Origin: an uncultured Spirochaetota bacterium
GTDB taxonomy: Bacteria; Spirochaetota; Brevinematia; Brevinematales; JAOACQ01
Assembly: GCA_963835575.1 (NCBI GenBank)
Contig: CAWIGG010000002.1
Location: 1,504,001-1,568,000 of the forward strand
DNA: 64,000 nucleotides
Direction: 5' to 3'
The position numbers were made by a program, and so were the translations under genes. The notes under the pieces were generated by a model that searched no databases, was not told the origin of the DNA, and was given only the letters and a program-made list of their open reading frames with translations. Within the stretch, counting starts at the first letter, position 1; the number at the start of each line of letters is the position of its first letter. This document shows, in pieces, positions 42,389-52,274 of this stretch.

Positions 42389-43129
42389 TTGAAACGTTTA
42401 AATATTTTTATACTATTACTGCTTCTCCCCGCTTTTTTATTTTCAGATATAGTTCAGGACCTTCTGAGTACCGTCAAAACAGGGAAACTGAAAGAAGTGC
42501 AGATTGTCCTATCAAAGGGGCTCACTCCCGAAGCGGCCGACCAGTACGGAAGAAGGGCAATCCATGTCGCCTGTGATTACGGATACCTCGATATTGTCAA
42601 ATTCCTGATAGAAAAAAAGGTTGATATTGAGGCAAAGGACAATAATGATTGGACGCCACTGTATTACGCATGCGGCAGCGGCCGTCTGGAAATTGTCCAG
42701 TACCTTGCCGGCAAAGGGGCCGATCTGGAAGCCAGGGATTCGAGCGGCGTCACTCCCCTCGCGCTGGCGGCATATAAAGGCCGGCTGAACATCATAGAGT
42801 TTTTGTCCGAAAAAGGCGCTTCGCTAGAGGCCGCCGATAAAAACGGCGACCTGCCGATCCATCAGGCTTCCTATAAAGGCTATACCAACATCCTGCAGTT
42901 TTTCCTAGATAAGGGAATTAATGTCAATATAACAAATTATTACGGCTGGACCCCTCTCCACAGGGCGGCGTCCGGCGGCCAGCTGGAAGCGGTTAAATTT
43001 CTTATGAAGAACGGCGCGAATAAATATCTCACGACAACAGCGAAATTTAAATTGATCCCTGCCGGCACCTATCCCCGCGATGTCGCGCTCATCTACAGGA
43101 AGATGGATGTTTTTAATTTTCTGTTTTAA
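42389..43129 (+). CDS. Exported ankyrin-repeat protein
   Basis: Signal peptide; repeated G.TPLH.A...G.L.IV.FL motifs. Confidence 0.9.
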   Translation: MKRLNIFILLLLLPAFLFSDIVQDLLSTVKTGKLKEVQIVLSKGLTPEAADQYGRRAIHVACDYGYLDIVKFLIEKKVDIEAKDNNDWTPLYYACGSGRLEIVQYLAGKGADLEARDSSGVTPLALAAYKGRLNIIEFLSEKGASLEAADKNGDLPIHQASYKGYTNILQFFLDKGINVNITNYYGWTPLHRAASGGQLEAVKFLMKNGANKYLTTTAKFKLIPAGTYPRDVALIYRKMDVFNFLF

Positions 43130-43349
43130 TGTGATTCAAATTTAAACATTTCCTTGTTATAAGGATAATTTTCACAGAAAGGCACGAAGACGGGAAGTAA
43201 TTTTATTGGGTTATGTTTTATTTAATCAATTAAACAATTTCAAAAGTACCATCAAGGTCATAATTTCTGTGTAAAATCTTTCAAAATGGTTTGAATAGAT
43301 TTTTCAATAAAGAATAACAATAATTTTCTTGGCGTATCCTATCTATTTA

Positions 43350-43553
43350 GGGCAGTTCTAAAAACTCAAATATTTAGAACTGCCGCTATTATATGAGTTC
43401 ATGCTACCGCCCGAGTTCGCTGTCTGAAAAGATCATTAACCAGCGAACTCTATACGGTAGCGCCAATTAAATTTACAAGAGATTCTATAACCGGGGCAGT
43501 TCCAAAACCTATGTTGGAAATATCTGATTGATTTTGAGTTTTTGGAACTGCCC
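43350..43553 (+). mobile_element. 204-bp non-autonomous MITE-like element, copy A
   Basis: TIR GGGCAGTTCTAAAAACTCAAA / TTTGAGTTTTTGGAACTGCCC (one mismatch); TSD TTTA; three internal hairpins. Confidence 0.88.
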
Positions 43554-43724
43554 TTTATAAATTTTTCCATCATACCAAACTTTTCCGCGTTTAACAGGGA
43601 TAACCATTGCTAAAAAGGGCAATTCGCAAAATTCCTGAAAATAACATTGTATCTTCCTTACCCTATACCAATGCTTTCGCGCCTCCCCCGACTGGATCGG
43701 GGGTGTCTTCCTGTTAATTAAATC

Positions 43725-44486
43725 CTACCTCAGGCTCTTGATAAAACCGCCGACGGCTTCAATACCTTTTTCCTCCGCTACTTTTATCGTCTGTGTACCG
43801 ATGATGGCGATATCGACTTTTCCTTTTAAATAATCCACATTCGTTTTTTCCTTTACCCCGAAGCCTAAAGCAAGAGGCAGGCTTGTCGCCTTACGGCATC
43901 GGGAAAGATATTCATCCAGTCCTCCGGAAAATTCCGTCCTGCGTCCCGTCACACCCTTTCTGGCCACGCAGTAAATAAAGCCCGACGCGAAGTCATTGAT
44001 CATTTTCATGCGCATATCCGGAGATGTCGGCGAATAAATGAAAATCGGGTCCAGCTTGCGCCTTTTCATTGCTTCAAGATAATCCGCGCCTTCCTCGGGC
44101 GGAAGGTCCGGCACAATAGCGCCCCTGACATCCCTGACCGTCATTTCATTTACGAATTTCTCCACTCCATACCTGTACAGAATGTTATAATAGCTCATGA
44201 AGAGAAAAGGGATGGGAAATTCTTTAGATACCAGGGAGGCAAATTCAAGACATTTCGCCACAGTCATCCCCTTCTCAAGAGCGGCGTGATTGGCCTTGAG
44301 TATCACCGGTCCGTCGGCAATCGGCTCGGAGAAAGGGATCTGGAGCTCCATCAATTCGACTCCCGCTTCAACCATTGTCCTGACCAGTTCATAAGAACCC
44401 TCCAGCGACGGGTAACCGATGACGATATGCGTCATCAGGAGGATATCCTTTGTCTTTCTTTCATTTAAAATATATTCATTCAGCAT
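43725..44486 (-). CDS. trpA: Tryptophan synthase alpha chain
   Basis: ELQIPFSEPIADGPVI, YYNIL, VPDLPPEE, GVTG, GFG. The start was placed at the TAATG overlap with trpB. Confidence 0.95.
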   Translation of the reverse strand: MLNEYILNERKTKDILLMTHIVIGYPSLEGSYELVRTMVEAGVELMELQIPFSEPIADGPVILKANHAALEKGMTVAKCLEFASLVSKEFPIPFLFMSYYNILYRYGVEKFVNEMTVRDVRGAIVPDLPPEEGADYLEAMKRRKLDPIFIYSPTSPDMRMKMINDFASGFIYCVARKGVTGRRTEFSGGLDEYLSRCRKATSLPLALGFGVKEKTNVDYLKGKVDIAIIGTQTIKVAEEKGIEAVGGFIKSLR

Positions 44487-45745
44487 TATCTGCCTCCGCC
44501 GTACTGTTCCGCTTTTTTCTTTATAAAATCCTGCCACTTCGGGTCCCCGAACGCGTCCGCCACGGTAAAAATATCCTTATCCCCCCTGCCCGACTGATTT
44601 ATGATGATGCATTCATCCTTTGATAAAGAAGGCGCTTCCTTAAAGGCCTGGACAAAGGCATGGGAAGATTCCAGCGCCGGAATGATCCCCTCCTTTTTAA
44701 TCGCCAGAGCCATCGCGTCGACGACTTCTTTGTCCGTCGCCGCTTCAAAGCGGACACGGCCGCTTGTTTTAAGATGGGAAAGGATCGGCGATACGCCGAT
44801 ATAATCCAGCCCGGCGGCTATGCTGTGCGTTTCCTTCATCTGGCCGTCGGAATCCTGCAGAAAGAATGTTTTGTACCCCTGCGCGACGCCGATACTCCCG
44901 TCATCCGATGCCAGTCTCGCAGCATGCCGGCCGGTTTTAAGCCCTTCGCCGCCGGCCTCCACCCCGATAAGATCGACTTTATCATCCAGAAAGGCGGAAA
45001 AGATGCCGAGCGCGTTCGACCCGCCGCCGACACAGGCGTAAATCCTTTCAGGCAGCTTCTGCTCCTTCTGGATAATCTGCTTTCTCGCCTCTTTTCCGAT
45101 GATGGACTGGAAGTACATCACCATCTCCGGAAAGGGATGGGGGCCGCATGCCGTGCCAAGCACGTAATGCGTCGTGTCCATATTCGTCACCCAGTCGCGG
45201 AGCGCTTCGTTAATGGCGTCCTTCAGCGTGCGCGCACCGGTCGTCACCGGAATCACCTCGGCGCCGAGCTGTTCCATCCAGAAGACATTCGGGCGCTGCC
45301 GCATCACATCCACCTCGCCCATATAGACCGTGCACTCAAATCCGAATTTGGCCGCCATTGTGGCTGTCGCCACGCCATGCTGGCCGGCGCCTGTTTCGGC
45401 GATCACGCGTTTTTTGCCCATTCTTTTTACAAGAAGGCCCTGGCCCATTACGTTATTCGCCTTATGAGCCCCGGTATGGTTCAAGTCCTCGCGCTTGATG
45501 TAAATCTTCGCGCCGCCGAATAAGTTTGTCAGATTTTCAGCGTATGTGAGCGGCGTCGGGCGGCAGGAATAATTTGACATCAGATTTTCATATTCCTTCC
45601 AGAATGACAGGTCCTTTTTCGCTTCTTCAAAATATTTTGTCAATTCCCCGATGGTGGCAATCAGGACTTCCGGCATAAATGCGCCGCCGAACTCTCCATA
45701 ATACCCTTTTTTATCCATAAAGTTCTCCTTCGAAATCTTCACCAT
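44486..45745 (-). CDS. trpB: Tryptophan synthase beta chain
   Basis: KREDLNHTGAHK, AETGAGQHG, GGGSNA, SGRGDKD. Confidence 0.98.
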   Translation of the reverse strand: MVKISKENFMDKKGYYGEFGGAFMPEVLIATIGELTKYFEEAKKDLSFWKEYENLMSNYSCRPTPLTYAENLTNLFGGAKIYIKREDLNHTGAHKANNVMGQGLLVKRMGKKRVIAETGAGQHGVATATMAAKFGFECTVYMGEVDVMRQRPNVFWMEQLGAEVIPVTTGARTLKDAINEALRDWVTNMDTTHYVLGTACGPHPFPEMVMYFQSIIGKEARKQIIQKEQKLPERIYACVGGGSNALGIFSAFLDDKVDLIGVEAGGEGLKTGRHAARLASDDGSIGVAQGYKTFFLQDSDGQMKETHSIAAGLDYIGVSPILSHLKTSGRVRFEAATDKEVVDAMALAIKKEGIIPALESSHAFVQAFKEAPSLSKDECIIINQSGRGDKDIFTVADAFGDPKWQDFIKKKAEQYGGGR

Positions 45746-45902
45746 ATCAAAAACTTTCTATTCTAAAACAATTCAACAATTTTTATCACAGGAATCCGGG
45801 AAGTAATGAAGATCTTTTTATAGCAAGCCTCCTTATACAGTTTCTTAACACAACTTCTAAATCTAAAGAATTATTGGGATTTTTCTTAGCAATCAATATT
45901 AT

Positions 45903-46106
45903 GGGCAGTTCTAAAAACTCAAATATTTAGAACTGCCGCTATTATATGAGTTCATGCTACCGCCCGAGTTCGCTGTCTGAAAAGATCATCAACCAGCGAA
46001 CTCTATACGGTAGCGCCAATTAAATTTACAAGAGATTCTATAACCGGGGCAGTTCCAAAACCTATGTTGGAAATATCTGATTGATTTTGAGTTTTTGGAA
46101 CTGCCC
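45903..46106 (+). mobile_element. 204-bp non-autonomous MITE-like element, copy B
   Basis: Matches 43350-43553 except one T/C seen in the central loop; has its own TSD, TTAT. Confidence 0.88.
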
Positions 46107-46192
46107 TTATTCAATTCTTTTCCTTCTTATTATTTCTTCCCGCCTTCCATTCTTCCTCTTTATTAAATTTTAGGTTTTAATAATAGCTTCAA

Positions 46193-46915
46193 TTATATTT
46201 CCCCGCCCAGTTCCTGATAAAAGACAAATCTGTCCGTCCTGCAGTAAAGCTCGGAATAAAAGGCATCATGTTTCTGCTTAAAATAAAGCTCTCTTTTAAC
46301 AAGAAGGACCGGCTCGCTTTTTTTTAAGCCGAGCAGGTCAGCTTTCCCGCCGTCCAGGCTGACTACTCCGAAGCTTTGCCTGCCGCCGGCCGGTTTTAAA
46401 TAAAAATGATCTTCAATAATATTGGAAATGGACTGACCCTGAAGGTCATACTTTTCCAATCCCTTGAAGATTTCCATATCCAGATAGATCTCTTCTAAAA
46501 GGACCGGTTCTTTTTCGACCATACTCAACCTTGACAAATGGTACATCATCCTGCCCTTATATGGATGTGTCTCTTCCTCTATTTTAATTAATTCCAGTTT
46601 TCTGATAATTTTCTGCTCAACTTTTATCCCTTCCTTTTGAAAAGCCGCGCTTGTTCCCGCCAGCGAAAAAAGGCCTACTTCCTTCGGCCTGTCATTCACA
46701 AATGTCCCGGCGCCTTTCCGCCGGACAAGAAGGCCTTTCCGGCAAAGGAGGTCTAATGCCTGCCGCACGGTCGGCCTGCCGATTTTATATTCTTTAACAA
46801 GCTCATTTTCCGAGGGGATTTTATCACCTGTCTTCAATTCATTACTCTCAATCATTGTCTGCAATTTCTGCGCCAGCTGATGATAGAGAGGAAGCGGAGA
46901 TTCCGTATTCAGCAC
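46193..46915 (-). CDS. GntR family (HutC/UTRA) transcriptional regulator
   Basis: IPSENEL...RPTVRQAL...GAGTFV plus UTRA domain; GTG start with AGGAG RBS. Confidence 0.92.
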   Translation of the reverse strand: MLNTESPLPLYHQLAQKLQTMIESNELKTGDKIPSENELVKEYKIGRPTVRQALDLLCRKGLLVRRKGAGTFVNDRPKEVGLFSLAGTSAAFQKEGIKVEQKIIRKLELIKIEEETHPYKGRMMYHLSRLSMVEKEPVLLEEIYLDMEIFKGLEKYDLQGQSISNIIEDHFYLKPAGGRQSFGVVSLDGGKADLLGLKKSEPVLLVKRELYFKQKHDAFYSELYCRTDRFVFYQELGGEI

Positions 46916-46935
46916 TATAAACTCCTTATAAAAAT

Positions 46936-46964
46936 ATTATATCATAAAGATGTAAAGTTGTCAA
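46936..46964 (-). promoter_or_regulatory. Consensus sigma70 promoter of the gntR gene
   Basis: TTGACA-17 nt-TATAAT with extended -10 TG. It is overlapped by the imperfect palindrome TTGTATTGACAA. Confidence 0.75.
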
Positions 46965-47211
46965 TACAAGTTTAAATAAATGATTCTCACTTCTGATCCA
47001 AACAGTATTTAATATAAATCCAATAGAATAGAAAGTTTTTTTAGTGTATTAAAAAAAACACGGGCGTTCCCTCGAATGTTTTTGAATCGAATTAATTATT
47101 GATTATTATCAATATAATCCTGCAGCTGGGCGCGCAGAATCGATTTTTTTACTATCATTACAAAGATCCTAATATTTAAGACATTATTATAATTGCAGGA
47201 GTTGAGTTTCC

Positions 47212-47967
47212 CTATATTTCAATTTCATTACCGGGTTTAAGTAAAATTATTTCTTCCCGCCCATAAAAAGATTCCTGTTTTAATTTTTCTTTATAATGGG
47301 TAAAAGTACCCCAATGCACCGGGATTATCATTTTGGGTTTTATTATATTATTTAATCTGATAATATCTTCTGTATTATTGGTTATCCGGCCTATAATCTT
47401 AGATAAAAAGCCTGAACCTACTCCGGCTGAACCGGCATTGATTATTGCTAAATCAATATCCTTCTTTAAATACTTTTTCATTCCATTAAAAAATACTCCA
47501 TCGCCGGAAATATAAATATCATATTGCCGGTTTTCATATTTTAAAGCCAGTAAATATCCATTCCCATTCCCGACTAAATAACTAAACGCTTTTATTCCGG
47601 CATGATAAGCGGGAACTGCTTTTATTATTATCTCTGTGTTTTTAATAAATATTTGTTTTTTCTCTTTCCAATCAAGAACAGTCATATTTTTGAATTTTTT
47701 ATATACCGACCTATCTCCGATCACTATCGAATTTTTGATTTTTTCTCTGCCTGAAGCGTCCAGATGATCTTCATGATTATGCGTTAATAACCAGAGATCA
47801 ACACCGCTGAAATCGCTTTCATTATAGACAGGGGCTTCAAGACGTCTGGATTTAAAATATTTATAATCCTGAACGGATCCTTTCGGGCATAAAACAGGAT
47901 CGCATGCTATTTTCACACCGTTTACCGTTAAAATCCATGTCGCCCCGCCGATCCATTTAAAAACCAT
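47212..47967 (-). CDS. MBL-fold metallo-hydrolase
   Basis: THNHEDHLD, ISGD, IPVHWGTF. Confidence 0.88.
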   Translation of the reverse strand: MVFKWIGGATWILTVNGVKIACDPVLCPKGSVQDYKYFKSRRLEAPVYNESDFSGVDLWLLTHNHEDHLDASGREKIKNSIVIGDRSVYKKFKNMTVLDWKEKKQIFIKNTEIIIKAVPAYHAGIKAFSYLVGNGNGYLLALKYENRQYDIYISGDGVFFNGMKKYLKKDIDLAIINAGSAGVGSGFLSKIIGRITNNTEDIIRLNNIIKPKMIIPVHWGTFTHYKEKLKQESFYGREEIILLKPGNEIEI

Positions 47968-47990
47968 TAGTTATATACCCGCCTTCATAA

Positions 47991-48290
47991 TCAATTATCC
48001 TCCGCTTTTCTTAAAACCCTATTAGTCATAATATCCATAAATTTATCTTTTTCTTCAAACAAACAAAAATGGGCCGAGTTTTCAAACCATATCAATTCCT
48101 TTTCCGGAGCTTTTAAAACCTGGTAATACTCTTCAACCAGAGCGGACACAGCGTCATAATCATGTCTTCCGGCAAGAAAGTAAACCGGGACTTTTATTTC
48201 TGGAGTTGTTTTAAAAAGTTTTGATCGATTATATCAGGCCATATCCTGTTCATGCTGATTTTCATTTTATCAACCATTCCCAGACTTTTT
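47991..48290 (-). pseudogene. C-terminal remnant of an alpha/beta hydrolase (proline-iminopeptidase-like)
   Basis: The minus strand reads PEIKVPVYFLAGRHDYDAVSALVEEYYQVLKAPEKELIWFENSAHF with frameshifts; the N-terminus is absent. Confidence 0.75.
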
Positions 48291-48301
48291 AAAATAGAAA
48301 G

Positions 48302-48943
48302 TCATTCTGTGATCTTGCTTTTCAGGTATTTTATCAGATTGGTATTGTTCCTTTCAATAGCTATACCCAGGGCGGTTTTTCCGTCAAGACCCGCCGCGTT
48401 AATATCGGCCTCATTTTCCACAAGGATTTTTACCAGTTCGAGTGTTCCGTCATATGCCGCCATTATCAAAGCCGTCATGCCGTTATTCGCTTTCAAATTC
48501 ACATCCGCGCTGTTATCAATAAGGACTTTTACAATTTCGATTTTCCCGTAATAAGAGGAACACATTAAAGCGGTCCAGCCGAATTCATTCATATCATTTA
48601 CCTGAGCGCCTTTTTGGATTAATATTTTTACAATCTCAGGATTGCCTTTTAAAGAACCCTCTATCAAAGACGTCCAGCCTTCCTTCGTTTTTGCATTGAC
48701 ATTAGCGCCTTTTTCGATCAGGATTTTAACCGTCTCAATCCTGCCGATATCAGCGGCAATCATTAAAGCTGTCAATCCGGCTTCATTTTTAGCTTCAACA
48801 TCCGCGCCGGCATCCAATGCTTTAATAATTCCGGCCGTATCGCCTTTTTGGACAGCTGTTATAAGGTTGTCATTAGGAGAAGCCGATAGTGATGTAGTAA
48901 ATATCAGTGTAAATAGAAAAATAATTAAAGGTATTTTAACCAT
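48302..48943 (-). CDS. Exported ankyrin-repeat protein
   Basis: Signal peptide; repeated G.TALM.A...G..E.VKILI..GA.VN motifs. Confidence 0.92.
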   Translation of the reverse strand: MVKIPLIIFLFTLIFTTSLSASPNDNLITAVQKGDTAGIIKALDAGADVEAKNEAGLTALMIAADIGRIETVKILIEKGANVNAKTKEGWTSLIEGSLKGNPEIVKILIQKGAQVNDMNEFGWTALMCSSYYGKIEIVKVLIDNSADVNLKANNGMTALIMAAYDGTLELVKILVENEADINAAGLDGKTALGIAIERNNTNLIKYLKSKITE

Positions 48944-49043
48944 AACTTGACCTCAGTAAACAATTAATTATATTATAATACACTTATGAAGTAAAATAAT
49001 CATATTTTTAAAAAAAATAAAATTCTACTGTAAATTTATCATT

Positions 49044-49078
49044 TCATATACCCTGACTTACTACGTCAGGGTATATGA
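49044..49078. promoter_or_regulatory. Perfect palindromic operator-like site
   Basis: TCATATACCCTGAC-7 nt-GTCAGGGTATATGA immediately upstream of TATAAT (49081-49086). Confidence 0.7.
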
Positions 49079-49109
49079 TTTATAATAATATAAATAAATT
49101 TAAAGGAGA

Positions 49110-49460
49110 ATGACCATGGAAAAAATCATCGGTTATTGCGGCATCACATGCAGCGAATGTCCCGCATATAAGGCAACTATCAAGAATGATGAAAAGGAGA
49201 AGGAGATCGTGGCAAAAATGTGGTCTAAGCAGTTTAATATGGATATCAAGCCTGAGTCCATCAATTGCTTCGGCTGTACATCACTCGGGAAACCGCTTTC
49301 AGGCTATTGCCTGACTTGTAATATAAGAAAATGCGCTTTAGAAAAAGGCATTGAAAGCTGCGCCTTCTGCAGCGGCTATAGCTGCGGCACTCTGTCTGCT
49401 TTTGTCGCTCATATTCCGCAGGCCCAGGAAAATTTAAAGGCGTTCAGGGATCAAAAATAA
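49110..49460 (+). CDS. DUF3795-like Cys-rich protein
   Basis: IGYCGITCSECPAY, CFGC, CNIRKCA, CAFC. Confidence 0.8.
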   Translation: MTMEKIIGYCGITCSECPAYKATIKNDEKEKEIVAKMWSKQFNMDIKPESINCFGCTSLGKPLSGYCLTCNIRKCALEKGIESCAFCSGYSCGTLSAFVAHIPQAQENLKAFRDQK

Positions 49461-49466
49461 TACCAA

Positions 49467-49501
49467 GGGCAGTTCCAAGGACAAATGTTTTGGAACTGCC
49501 C
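49467..49501. repeat. Solo terminal hairpin unit of the MITE-like family
   Basis: GGGCAGTTCCAA-GGACAAATGTT-TTGGAACTGCCC. Confidence 0.75.
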
Positions 49502-49518
49502 GGAAATCCAAAATCAAA

Positions 49519-50892
49519 ATGGGGATAAAAATGCATGATTTTAGAAAAATCTCGAAAAGAATTTTCGTCATCGGAATTCCCATCATCATTCAGTCTCTTG
49601 TCCAGTTCGCGCTGATCATGACTGACATAGGTTTTATCGGCCATTATAAAATATCAGGCCTTTCAGCTATACAGAACGCCGTCGCGCCCTTTTTCATACT
49701 GAATTCCTTTTTCTTTGCCCTCGGCCAGGGTTTAACCATCCTTATCACGCAGTCCATAGGCGCCGGAAAGAAAAAAAACGCTGTGCGCTACGCCGAAGCG
49801 GCTTTCTTTTTTAATCAGTCAATCTCTTTTATCTTTCTCTTTTTCTGGCTGGCATCAGGAGGAATGATCCTGCAGCTTGTAGGCTCAAAAAACGAGATCC
49901 TGGCCATGGGCAGGACCTACCTGTGGATAATGTCTTTTTCCTTTCTCACTCTCGGCTCCGGTTTTACCGCCGGCTATATACTCCAGGGTCTTGGCAGGAC
50001 GCTTCCGATCATGGTTGTCAGTATTTTTAAAACGGCGCTGAACGTTTTTCTGAATTGGGTCCTCATATTCGGGAAGCTGGGTTTCCCCGAATTGGGTATT
50101 GCCGGGTCGGCCCTGGGTACGCTGATCAGCAATTTCCTGGGAGATATCATTACCATATTGATCGTATTCTCGTTAAAAGATTTTTCCCTCAGGATCAGGG
50201 GAATTTTCAGACCGCATTTTCTTCTGTTCAGAAGGATCATTTCCCTCAGCCTTCCAGCGGGAATTGAGGCCTTTCTCTGGGAATCCGGCCAGACATCGCT
50301 GATCGTCATATTGAATAAGATAGACCCGATGGCCAGCGGCTACTTTACCGTGATGAATATGCTCAATCATCTTTCCTTTAATTTTTATATCGGTTTCGGA
50401 ATAGCGTCCCTTGTCCTTGTCGGTCATGCCACCGGCGCTAAAAAACCGAAGGCGGCCCTGTACGCCAACATGGTCTGCCTTTTTTATTCTTTCATGTTCT
50501 GCATAGCGCTTGCGGTTATTTATTCCCTGTTTCCCAAAGCTGTTGTGGGATTATTTATTAATAGTCCCGCCGCCATAGAAAAACTCGCCCCTCTATTGTT
50601 TATCATTATATTGGTGATTTTCCCAAAAGCCGTCAACGTCGTTACGGGAAATTCCATCCGCGGTACCGGGAACACAGTCTGGATGATGCTCACGCAGGTA
50701 TTCGGAACGGTAATCATCATCCTGACGGCCGGACTTCTTGCATTGCCGGCCGGCCTTGGACTGGCCGGTGTTTTGATCGCATTGTTCTTTGACGAATTCT
50801 GGAGGAGTATTTTAAACCTGTCTAAATTTATCTTTTCTCAAAACCGTAAAATCAAAGAATTATCTGAAAGAAGACTTGGAATAATATCTTAA
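49519..50892 (+). CDS. MATE family efflux transporter
   Basis: Multiple TMs, LNWVLIFGKLGFPELGIAGSALGT, RGTGNT. Confidence 0.9.
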   Translation: MGIKMHDFRKISKRIFVIGIPIIIQSLVQFALIMTDIGFIGHYKISGLSAIQNAVAPFFILNSFFFALGQGLTILITQSIGAGKKKNAVRYAEAAFFFNQSISFIFLFFWLASGGMILQLVGSKNEILAMGRTYLWIMSFSFLTLGSGFTAGYILQGLGRTLPIMVVSIFKTALNVFLNWVLIFGKLGFPELGIAGSALGTLISNFLGDIITILIVFSLKDFSLRIRGIFRPHFLLFRRIISLSLPAGIEAFLWESGQTSLIVILNKIDPMASGYFTVMNMLNHLSFNFYIGFGIASLVLVGHATGAKKPKAALYANMVCLFYSFMFCIALAVIYSLFPKAVVGLFINSPAAIEKLAPLLFIIILVIFPKAVNVVTGNSIRGTGNTVWMMLTQVFGTVIIILTAGLLALPAGLGLAGVLIALFFDEFWRSILNLSKFIFSQNRKIKELSERRLGIIS

Positions 50893-50902
50893 GAGGTTTT
50901 CC

Positions 50903-51613
50903 ATGGTAAAAATAAAATGGTTCCCTCCATCCTGGGTTCAAATAACATATAACAATGAATTGCTTTACATTGATCCGTCTTATTTAAAAAAATATTATAT
51001 TCATCATCCATCCCGAATAGAATACTCCTCATGGCCGGATGAAACAGACGGTCTGCCTGAAGATTTACCGAAGGCTGATGTTATCCTGATCACGCATGAG
51101 CATAAGGATCACTGCAAATACGTTACAATAAACAGGCTTTCTCATTCAAGAACAGTCATATATGGACCTAAGAAATGCGGGAAAGTAATAGATAACGGGA
51201 AATTAAAAATTATAAAACCAGGAGAGACATTCATCGCCGGAAGTTTTATTATCTCCGCAGTTTTTGCCTATAATACGCCGGGAGGCAGCGCCAAAAAAAA
51301 AGTTCATAAAAAAGGCACCGGCCTGGGTTATTTGATTTCAACAGACTAAAAAGTCATTTATCATCCGGGCGATACCGGTTTTATACCGGAAATGAACAAT
51401 CTCGGCAACGTGGACCTCGCTTTTATGCCGATAGACGGTACATTTACAATGGGTATTAATGAAGCGGTTCAAGCAGCTCTTGCCGTATCGCCGATGATTA
51501 CTGTGCCTATTCATGTCGGGAAAAATAATCCGCTTTTATTTAAGAAGGAACTTGAAAAGACCACAAAATTAAAAGCTCGAATTTTGGGAATCGGCGAAAC
51601 TATGAAATTATAA
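50903..51613 (+). pseudogene. MBL-fold hydrolase with one in-frame TAA stop
   Basis: ITHEHKDH...GYLISTD*KVIYHPGDTG...VPIH is one frame, with TAA at 51347-51349. Confidence 0.85.
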
Positions 51614-51649
51614 ATAATCATTACAATAAATTTCTTAAGAAGGATTTTT

Positions 51650-52258
51650 ATGAAGAAAACCCTGATCATTATCGGTATCATTATACTCGCCGCGGTCATT
51701 ACAGCAGCTTTTTTTCTGTTCTCCGGTCCGTATGTAACAAAATATTTATCTCTCAAAAATCCCAGGATTATAACACTTCCCAATCAAAAAGTCCTTTTCG
51801 TTGAAGCAAAAGGCGACCCGAACATCACCGGCATGAAGGCATTCGCTTTGTTATTTAAAACATATTTCAGCCTGAAGGAGACGCCGAAGGGACCTTCCAT
51901 GCCCGCTCCCCGCGCCCGGTGGGTGCTCACATTCGAAATGCCGAAAAAAAACATGATCGGTTATATCGCCATGCCGGTCCCCGAATCGGTTTCATCTATT
52001 CCTGAAATGACAAATGATGAAGGCATGAAAGTTGTCCTGACCAATTGGGAATACGGTGAAACAGCCGAAATTCTCCATATCGGCCCGTATGATAAAGAAA
52101 CCCCTACGATTGAAAAATTGATGAAATTCATCAAAGACAGCGGCTATGAGACCGCCGGCCTTCATGAAGAGGAATACATCAAAGGTCCCGGAATGCTGTT
52201 CTCCAGCCCGAAAGATTATTATACGATCATCCGGTATAGAGTAAAAAAACGGGGTTAA
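51650..52258 (+). CDS. GyrI-like small-molecule-binding protein with N-terminal TM
   Basis: KGDPN, AEILHIGPYDKETPTIEKL, HEEEY. Confidence 0.8.
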   Translation: MKKTLIIIGIIILAAVITAAFFLFSGPYVTKYLSLKNPRIITLPNQKVLFVEAKGDPNITGMKAFALLFKTYFSLKETPKGPSMPAPRARWVLTFEMPKKNMIGYIAMPVPESVSSIPEMTNDEGMKVVLTNWEYGETAEILHIGPYDKETPTIEKLMKFIKDSGYETAGLHEEEYIKGPGMLFSSPKDYYTIIRYRVKKRG

Positions 52259-52274
52259 AATATGGAGGAGAATC

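Noticed and set aside
44660..45523. Long antisense ORFs (also 29-505, 21259-21774, 30732-31310, 39303-40067)
   Set aside because: They are shadow frames opposite well-supported genes and have no recognisable motifs.
43350..46106. trpBA having arrived as a composite transposon
   Set aside because: The outer flanks (TTTA, TTAT) differ and each 204-bp copy has its own TSD, which indicates independent insertions.
51347..51349. Recoded stop (selenocysteine or pyrrolysine)
   Set aside because: The codon is TAA, not TGA or TAG, and TAA is used as a normal stop throughout the window.
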